Positions 25,993-32,000 of a DNA stretch of 32,000 nucleotides are shown piece by piece. Origin of the DNA: Promethearchaeum syntrophicum (GTDB taxonomy: Archaea > Asgardarchaeota > Lokiarchaeia > Sigyniarchaeales > Promethearchaeaceae). Position 1 is the stretch's first letter. Each line of letters opens with the position of its first letter. The DNA is taken from positions 540,001 to 572,000 of the forward strand of contig NZ_CP042905.2 in assembly GCF_008000775.2 (NCBI RefSeq), in the 5' to 3' direction. The translations under genes and the position numbers were made by a program. The notes beneath the pieces are model-generated. The model searched no databases. It saw only the letters and a program-made list of their open reading frames with translations, and was not told where the DNA came from.

Positions 25993-26403
25993 TTATAGGA
26001 AATGAATTAGTGAAGCTGAGATTGCCCCAATAACTATTCCTGCTGCCCACGGGATTAAAATTGATTCAACTAAAGTTTCTAATACATATGCTTTTAAATT
26101 TGTTAATGAAATTGACTCTTCAGACATAGATACATCTGTCAATAAAGTGCTTATGAGGAGGATATGAATCCCATAAAATGTAAGAATAACCCATTCAGGA
26201 GTTGCTGGTATAATGTATACAAATAATGCTGTTACTCCACAAACTAATCCCCATCCTCCTAAATCGCCCAAAAAGAAAATTTTCCAGTCTAAGTAGATGT
26301 CGTCCTTGTTTGCTATTATGAAAAAAATCAAATGAGCAATATGAGCTGGTAACCAAAAGGAATAGAGAAATATAATTAATTGTGCATCAGTAAATAACGC
26401 CAT
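25993..26403 (-). CDS. Small membrane protein (about 4 helices), unknown
   Basis: 136 aa, almost entirely hydrophobic. No motif recognised. Confidence 0.55.
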   Translation of the reverse strand: MALFTDAQLIIFLYSFWLPAHIAHLIFFIIANKDDIYLDWKIFFLGDLGGWGLVCGVTALFVYIIPATPEWVILTFYGIHILLISTLLTDVSMSEESISLTNLKAYVLETLVESILIPWAAGIVIGAISASLIHFL

Positions 26404-26788
26404 TGAGTATTACTAATTTTGTAAAAATATAAATGTATCTTGCGATCGATAGGTTGAAAAAGGAAAATAAGTATAAAACAAATTTTAGTCCTTATCAACC
26501 ATTCTGTTTCTAATCATGAATTTTGGGAGAAAATAAACATTTATGGGATTTTTTTTATTCTTATATTAAAGAACCGAAAAAATTATAAACAAAACTTAAG
26601 AACTTCATACATCAACGAATTTTTGCTACAGTTGTGAACTTATTTGGAAAGTTTACAAGAATAATGACAAGAATTGGTTGACAAATATTGGTTTCAAATA
26701 AGTTGGGGGAATTTTTCATATTAATCAGTTGTATTTAGATGAAAATAGATAATTCTAGATTTATTTGGAACTAAAACGTGTGATTAAA

Positions 26789-28813
26789 ATGAAAAAAATA
26801 AATTCAGTTTTATTAATTTTGATGATGGCTTTTGGTGCTTTATCTATAGCATTTATTCCATCGTCTAGTGGTAGTGCTGCTACAGAACTACCGGACTATA
26901 TCCCTGTGGATATAGGACCAGACTTTTTCGCAGAGGATGTAGAGCTAGATACCGAAATACTCGGTGCTCCAGCTAGCTCTTATTCAATAGGACCAAGTTC
27001 TGCAGCTCAAAATGTAGGTGATATGGTTGTTGGCTTGCTATACATGAGTGGTGGCTTAGGTTTGACCTATTATGAATGTAGGGCAGTCGGACCAAATACT
27101 GAAATTTGGGTACAAGCTAATTTGGCGTTTCCTGAAGGTGATCCAAGAGAAACACCTGTGATTACTCAGGAACAAGTGGATTATTTATTAGAAGAATTTG
27201 AAAGTAACATCCTCCCAAAAGATACGGACTATTTTGGGGATCCTTATCCACTTGATGGCTCAGATGCACTCTTAGGAGCTTGGGGATACGGAGATTACTA
27301 TGATGAAAACGCAAGAAATATAATAATGATATCTAATGTTCAAGATGATAACTATTTTAATCCCGATTATCCTTATTATGTTGCAGGTTTCTTCTGGTCA
27401 ACTTATGAAGTGTATATGGACAGAAATGTGATTACAATTGATAGTCATGATTGGGAAAATCGAGTCGGTCCTGATGGTGCGCGACCTTATATGTATGAAA
27501 GTACTATTGCGCATGAATATCAACATTTGATTCATTCAGACTTAAATCCAGGTGATGATACATGGATGAATGAAGCTTGTTCATTATTTGCAGAACCTCT
27601 CTGTGGATATCCAATTGATTGGGGGCAAGTATTACGATTCTTAGAGACACCTGACAATTCACTCATTGAATGGGGAGACCAAGGTGATATTAATATTTTA
27701 GCCGATTACGGTTCTTCGTTCCTTTGGGCAATGTACTTGAACGATCACTACGGGGAAGAATTTATTGGTCGATTTGTTGGAGAAGGAATACCAGGGGTAG
27801 CTGGAATTGAAGCAGCATTAGATTACTTTGGATTTGAAGAAAATTTTGATGATGTATATCATGATTGGCGAATTGCAAATCTTCTAGATGCAGAAAGTGG
27901 AAAATATGGTTACAACACTTTCGATTTAAGTGAAGCTGAATATCCACTTTATATCCATGATATGGACAATCAACTATTCAAATGGACTCAAGGAACTGAT
28001 TTTGGAACAACCGTTACCTACGATGATTATGATACCGATGTTTCCATGCTTGGACCTTACGGTACAGATTACATTGGGTATACTGAAGAAAATTGGAATA
28101 AGAATTTCGCAAAATTATACTTTGATGGTGATGATACTGCCTTAGTATATGGATGGGAAAATATCGACGGTGTATGGTATTCTGGAGCAGGAGACCTTAT
28201 GAATACTCTTATTACTGCAGAAACATATGTTGATCCTTTGGATCCTACATTATATCTGAATAGTTATTGGGATATTGAAGATTATTGGGATTTTGGTTTT
28301 GTTCAAGTATCGGATGATGATGGAGAAACATGGACATCCCTTGCAAATGACTATACAACCTCTGATCATGATCCAGGTGCTCACCCAGATGTAGTTGCTA
28401 ATCTTCCAGGAATCACAGAATATGTAGGAGAAGTAGTAGATATGACATTTGATCTTTCACTTTATGCAGGTGAAAATGTACAAATTGGTTTCCGCTATGT
28501 GACCGATTGGGCAACCTTTTATGAGGGTTGGTATATCTTTGATGCAAATGTTGGTGGGGTTTCATTAGATCTTGCAATTGTTTATCCAGATGCTTCATAT
28601 ATGGTTACAGTAGTTGCATATAAAGAAACAGGTGGAGGAACTCATTATATGGTTATGGATTTAGACCTTAATGATGGTAATTTTGGTTCAATTTCATTAT
28701 TGGGTAATTGGGCAGATCATATGGTTTTAATTGTCAGTGCAACTCAACCACAAGGCTTTTCAGATTATTCATTTAGAATTAAACCAGGAAAAGGCACTCA
28801 ATGGATGATGTAA
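26789..28813 (+). CDS. Secreted zinc metalloprotease (gluzincin-type HEYQH...NE), copy 1
   Basis: Signal peptide MKKINSVLLILMMAFGALSIAFIPSSSGSA. Catalytic motif IAHEYQHLIH followed by TWMNEACS. The C-terminal domain (VQVSDDDGETWTSL ... LSLYAGENVQIGFRYVTDW) resembles those appended to InhA/M6-like proteases. Family (M6-like vs M30-like) is unresolved. Start placed at ATG 26789; the track used TTG 26765. Confidence 0.85.
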   Translation: MKKINSVLLILMMAFGALSIAFIPSSSGSAATELPDYIPVDIGPDFFAEDVELDTEILGAPASSYSIGPSSAAQNVGDMVVGLLYMSGGLGLTYYECRAVGPNTEIWVQANLAFPEGDPRETPVITQEQVDYLLEEFESNILPKDTDYFGDPYPLDGSDALLGAWGYGDYYDENARNIIMISNVQDDNYFNPDYPYYVAGFFWSTYEVYMDRNVITIDSHDWENRVGPDGARPYMYESTIAHEYQHLIHSDLNPGDDTWMNEACSLFAEPLCGYPIDWGQVLRFLETPDNSLIEWGDQGDINILADYGSSFLWAMYLNDHYGEEFIGRFVGEGIPGVAGIEAALDYFGFEENFDDVYHDWRIANLLDAESGKYGYNTFDLSEAEYPLYIHDMDNQLFKWTQGTDFGTTVTYDDYDTDVSMLGPYGTDYIGYTEENWNKNFAKLYFDGDDTALVYGWENIDGVWYSGAGDLMNTLITAETYVDPLDPTLYLNSYWDIEDYWDFGFVQVSDDDGETWTSLANDYTTSDHDPGAHPDVVANLPGITEYVGEVVDMTFDLSLYAGENVQIGFRYVTDWATFYEGWYIFDANVGGVSLDLAIVYPDASYMVTVVAYKETGGGTHYMVMDLDLNDGNFGSISLLGNWADHMVLIVSATQPQGFSDYSFRIKPGKGTQWMM

Positions 28814-28822
28814 AATAATATA

Positions 28823-28851
28823 CGGAAATGATAAATTTCCGATTTTTTTTT
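28823..28851 (+). terminator. 7-bp hairpin (cggaaat-gataa-atttccg) followed by T9
   Basis: The stem arms are exact reverse complements, with a T-run at 28843-28851. The same element lies after copy 2. Confidence 0.55.
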
Positions 28852-29209
28852 ATTTTTTTATTTTTATTTTATTTACTTTTTCCTTTTATAGTGTGGATAG
28901 ATAGTTTGATTCTTCCATTAATATATCCAATTTTAAATGAATCGTTGTAATTAGCTTGAAGATCAAACATATAGTTAATGCAATTCATTTTCAGCAAAAT
29001 GTTATATAAAAATTCCAAAAAAATGTCAAAAAACCGAAAAAATTAAATACCTACCTCATAAATGTCTTACATCGATGAATTTTTTAGTCGATGGTAAACT
29101 TATTTGGAAAGTTTACAAGAAATTTGACAAAAATTGATTGATAACTCTTAGTCTCAAATAGATTGGGGGAAATATGAGATTTATTTGAGACTATAAACGT
29201 GTGATTAAA

Positions 29210-31246
29210 ATGAAAAAAATAAATTCAGTTTTATTAATTTTGATGATGGCTTTTGGTGCTTTATCTATAGCATTTATTCCATCATCTACTGGTAGTGTTT
29301 ATACTGAACTACCAGACTACGAACCACTGGATTTTGGTACTGAAATAAGAAATGCACATTATGAAATTCATCCAGATTTACCATCAATGTCAGCAATATC
29401 TTCTTCAGGTCCAAGATCTGCTGGTGTGGTTGAAGATATAAAATATTTCTTAACGTTAGATAGTTATAATGGATTCTATTTCTTCGACGCATATGAATGT
29501 AGAGCAGTAGGTGATATATCTGAAGTTTGGGTTCAAGTTGACTTAAGTTTTCCAGACGACAGAGAAACTCCTATTATCACTACAGAACAAGTAGAATATT
29601 TGTTAGATGAATTTGAGAATAATATCTATGAAAAAGATACAGAAGTTTTTGGAACACCAGATTTTCACGATGGCAGTAATTCATTATTGTCAGCATGGGG
29701 TAATGTTCCTCCAAATTATTATTATGAAGAATTTGGGAAGAATTTAATCATGGTTTCAAATGTTCGTGATGAAGCATATTATACTCCAGGCTATCCATAT
29801 TACATTGCTGGATTTTACTCTCCATCGTTTGAAGCATATAATGATAGAAATATGATAACAATTGATTCTCATGATTGGGAAAATCGAATGGGTGAAGATG
29901 CAGACCGACCGTTCCTTTATGAAAGCATTATCGCTCATGAATATCAACACTTGATTCATGATGATTACAATCCTTTGGATGAAACATTTATGAATGAAGC
30001 ATGCTCTTTGTATGCAGAACCTCTCTGTGGATATCCAATTGGTTGGGGTCAAGTATTGAGATTTTTAGAGACTCCTGATAATTCCTTAACAGTTTGGGGA
30101 GATCAAGGAGATATTAATATCTTAGCAGATTATGGATCATCTTTCCTATGGGCAATGTATTTAACCGATCATTATACTGTCGGAGAAGAAAATTTTCTAG
30201 GTCATTTTGTTCAATCAAGAATACCTGGAGTTGACGGAATTAATGCAGCTTTAGAATATTTTGGACATGAAGAAGACTTTGATGATGTTTACCATGATTG
30301 GAGAATTGCAAATCTTATTGATGCAGAAAGTGGAAAATATGGTTACACGACTTTTGATTTAGCTGATGCAGAATACCCACTTTATATCAACGATATGGAC
30401 AATCAACTATTCAAATGGACTCAAGGAACTGATTTTGGTACTACCATTACCTATGATGATTATGATACTTATGTGTCGATGCTTGGGCCTTACGGTACTG
30501 ATTATATTGGATACTCTGAAGAAAATTGGAATAAGAATTTCGCAAAATTATACTTTGATGGTGATGATACTGCCATTGTATATGGATGGGAAATGATCGA
30601 TGGTGTATGGTATTCTGGAGCAGATGATCTTATGAATACTCTTATTGCTGCAGAAATTTATGTTGATCCTTTAGATCCTACATTATATATGACCTCATAT
30701 TGGGATATTGAAGATTATTGGGATTTTGGTTTTGTTCAAGTATCTGAAGATGATGGTGAAACATGGACATCCCTTGAGAATGAATATACAACCAGTGATC
30801 ATGATCCTGGTGCTCACCAAAATGTTTTGGACAACCTTCCAGGAATCACAGAATATGTAGGAGAAGTAGTAGATATGACATTTGATCTTTCACTTTATGC
30901 AGGTGAAAATGTACAAATTGGTTTCCGCTATGTGACCGATTGGGCAACCTTTTATGAGGGTTGGTATATCTTTGATGCAAATGTTGGTGGAGTTTCATTA
31001 GATCTTGCAATTGTTTATCCAGATGCTTCATATATGGTTACAGTAGTTGCATATAAAGAAACAGGTGGAGGAACTCATTATATGGTTATGGATTTAGACC
31101 TTAATGATGGTAATTTTGGTTCAATTTCATTATTGGGTAATTGGGCAGATCATATGGTTTTAATTGTCAGTGCAACTCAACCACAAGGCTTTTCAGATTA
31201 TTCATTTAGAATTAAACCAGGAAAAGGCACTCGATGGATGATGTAA
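29210..31246 (+). CDS. Secreted zinc metalloprotease (gluzincin-type HEYQH...NE), copy 2
   Basis: Same signal peptide, IAHEYQHLIH, TFMNEACS, and a C-terminal ~148 aa identical to copy 1 apart from one substitution. Start placed at ATG 29210; the track used GTG 29201. Confidence 0.85.
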   Translation: MKKINSVLLILMMAFGALSIAFIPSSTGSVYTELPDYEPLDFGTEIRNAHYEIHPDLPSMSAISSSGPRSAGVVEDIKYFLTLDSYNGFYFFDAYECRAVGDISEVWVQVDLSFPDDRETPIITTEQVEYLLDEFENNIYEKDTEVFGTPDFHDGSNSLLSAWGNVPPNYYYEEFGKNLIMVSNVRDEAYYTPGYPYYIAGFYSPSFEAYNDRNMITIDSHDWENRMGEDADRPFLYESIIAHEYQHLIHDDYNPLDETFMNEACSLYAEPLCGYPIGWGQVLRFLETPDNSLTVWGDQGDINILADYGSSFLWAMYLTDHYTVGEENFLGHFVQSRIPGVDGINAALEYFGHEEDFDDVYHDWRIANLIDAESGKYGYTTFDLADAEYPLYINDMDNQLFKWTQGTDFGTTITYDDYDTYVSMLGPYGTDYIGYSEENWNKNFAKLYFDGDDTAIVYGWEMIDGVWYSGADDLMNTLIAAEIYVDPLDPTLYMTSYWDIEDYWDFGFVQVSEDDGETWTSLENEYTTSDHDPGAHQNVLDNLPGITEYVGEVVDMTFDLSLYAGENVQIGFRYVTDWATFYEGWYIFDANVGGVSLDLAIVYPDASYMVTVVAYKETGGGTHYMVMDLDLNDGNFGSISLLGNWADHMVLIVSATQPQGFSDYSFRIKPGKGTRWMM

Positions 31247-31255
31247 AATAATATA

Positions 31256-31284
31256 CGGAAATGATAAATTTCCGATTTTTTTTT
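31256..31284 (+). terminator. 7-bp hairpin (cggaaat-gataa-atttccg) followed by T9
   Basis: Identical to 28823-28851. Confidence 0.55.
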
Positions 31285-31456
31285 AATTTTTTTTGATTTT
31301 CTTTCCATTTGGTAAACATACTTGATTATATTGAATTTTTCTCACATAAATTAAGAATATTTAATTAATTTTTAAAAACCAGATTTTTGCATTAGAAATG
31401 AACAAAGAAAAAAAGAAAAAAAAAGGTGAATAAAATGAGAAAAACAAGTAATGTGA

Positions 31457-31795
31457 TTAAAATGAATAGTAATGGAGAGCCTCGATTTTACTTCTCAGAT
31501 TCTGGATATGCTGCGAATCCCCTAACTTAAAGGTTCGCATCAAATTCAACGCATCTTTATATAAATCACCAGAAAGTAAACGGTCATCCATTCTTTCACA
31601 ATATTGGGCCATTCGGAGCAATCCGTTGATCAAACTTTTTGGTTCGTTAAAAGTTTTAACAAACTCAATATATTCCTTAAAAACTTCTAAAGATTTTCGG
31701 TATTGATCGGGAGTTTTTTCAAAATATGCAACTTTTTGTTGTAAAGACTGCAATTTATTGATCCGTGCCAAATATTGAATTTGAGAAGTAGACAT
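31457..31795 (-). CDS. Small all-alpha hypothetical protein
   Basis: 112 aa with a helical heptad-like pattern and no hydrophobic segment. No motif recognised; TPR- or MIT-like resemblance is too weak to call. Confidence 0.55.
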   Translation of the reverse strand: MSTSQIQYLARINKLQSLQQKVAYFEKTPDQYRKSLEVFKEYIEFVKTFNEPKSLINGLLRMAQYCERMDDRLLSGDLYKDALNLMRTFKLGDSQHIQNLRSKIEALHYYSF

Positions 31796-31892
31796 TATCT
31801 ATAATTCAGATTTACTCGTAATGAAATTTCATATCATCAGAATTATATGTGCGTATTATGAAAATCGAAAACTTATTTTTCATTTGATCATT

Positions 31893-31902
31893 GTAAATAA
31901 TT
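31893..31902 (+). promoter_or_regulatory. TATA-like element (gtaaataatt) upstream of tRNA-Cys
   Basis: Centred about 26 nt upstream of the mature tRNA 5' end, the usual archaeal TATA-to-start spacing. Confidence 0.3.
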
Positions 31903-31923
31903 AGTAATTATCATTACTACCAC

Positions 31924-31996
31924 GCCAAGGTAACCAAGTGGCTAAGGTGCTCGCCTGCAGAGCGGGTTATCGTGGGTTCAAGTCCCTCCCTTGGCT
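31924..31996 (+). tRNA. tRNA-Cys: tRNA-Cys (anticodon GCA)
   Basis: Cloverleaf folded by hand. Acceptor GCCAAGG/CCTTGGC (7 perfect bp). D arm with GG in the loop. Anticodon stem CTCGC/GCGGG (one G-U) and loop CT-GCA-GA. 5-nt variable loop. T arm GTGGG-TTCAAGT-CCCTC (one U-U mismatch). Discriminator U73. No encoded CCA. Confidence 0.9.
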
Positions 31997-32000
31997 TTAT

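Larger units (their letters stand above)
26572..28851 (+). repeat. Tandem segmental duplication, unit 1 (upstream region, protease gene, terminator)
   Basis: Collinear with 29032-31284: shared upstream blocks (aaccgaaaaaatta; aacttatttggaaagtttacaaga at 26637-26660 vs 29097-29120; ttggggga), CDS, and an identical hairpin/T-run. Confidence 0.9.
29032..31284 (+). repeat. Tandem segmental duplication, unit 2
   Basis: See unit 1. The offset is 2433 nt over the 3' part and 2460 nt in the upstream block, so copy 2 is 39 nt shorter in the leader and 12 nt longer in net indels within the diverged CDS. Confidence 0.9.

Noticed and set aside
26765-29209. Upstream non-ATG starts proposed by the track: TTG 26765, GTG 29201, TTG 24497, GTG 13015
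   Set aside because: In each case an in-frame ATG a few codons downstream gives a canonical family N-terminus (signal peptide MKKINS..., SCP2 start with GAGGT upstream, LtaE MRIIDFRSDT). The two protease copies agree only from the ATG onward.
28413-31031. Identical 61-aa antisense ORFs at 28413..28598 and 30846..31031
   Set aside because: Their identity is a by-product of the near-identical 3' tracts of the duplicated protease genes, not evidence of a conserved antisense gene. The H/Q/L-rich translation lacks any motif.
31452-31466. 15-nt exact match (tgtgattaaaatgaa) to the translation-start context of both protease genes, downstream of copy 2
   Set aside because: It could be a vestige of a third unit, but flanking similarity is minimal and the match overlaps the 3' end of the 31457..31795 gene. 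I cannot exclude chance in AT-rich sequence.
31806-31839. C-box-like TGATGA and D-box-like CTGA on the minus strand, flanking a 12-bp palindrome atgaaatttcat
   Set aside because: The boxes are only 34 nt apart with no C'/D' pair or terminal stem, which is too short for an archaeal C/D sRNA. The site lies in the immediate upstream region of the 31795 start.

Overview
AT-rich archaeal chromosomal window with about 28 protein genes, one tRNA and one IS element; no rRNA and no CRISPR. Archaeal origin is supported by two tandem HMf-type histone-fold genes, an Lrp/AsnC regulator, an AsnRS-derived archaeal-type asparagine synthetase, an archaeal MoaD/SAMP-type protein ending in GG, oligo-T terminators, and GGTGA-type ribosome-binding motifs before several starts. 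An Asgard/Lokiarchaeia-like source is a guess only. Order of content: membrane proteins including a tandem paralog pair (1-2639); a membrane-embedded M28 peptidase; two histones; an LVIVD-propeller/TSP3-repeat surface protein; an acyl-CoA synthetase; a co-directional Lrp, glutaredoxin-like/roadblock-like fusion and DUF711 cluster; divergent asnA-like and threonine aldolase genes; a minus-strand glycoside/nucleoside block (GH42/35-like hydrolase, PfkB kinase, GPH and MFS transporters); an orphan SAMP-like gene; an IS4-type transposase; an SCP2 and patatin pair; a tandem ~2.3 kb duplication carrying two secreted HEYQH zinc metalloproteases; and tRNA-Cys(GCA) at the right edge. I found no recognisable multi-gene defence or secretion system. 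The best leads are unusual architectures and locus structures: the mosaic protease duplication, the M28 domain split by transmembrane hairpins, the Grx-roadblock fusion, and the membrane paralog pair with a double zinc ribbon. All family calls come from motif recognition by eye; no searches were run.
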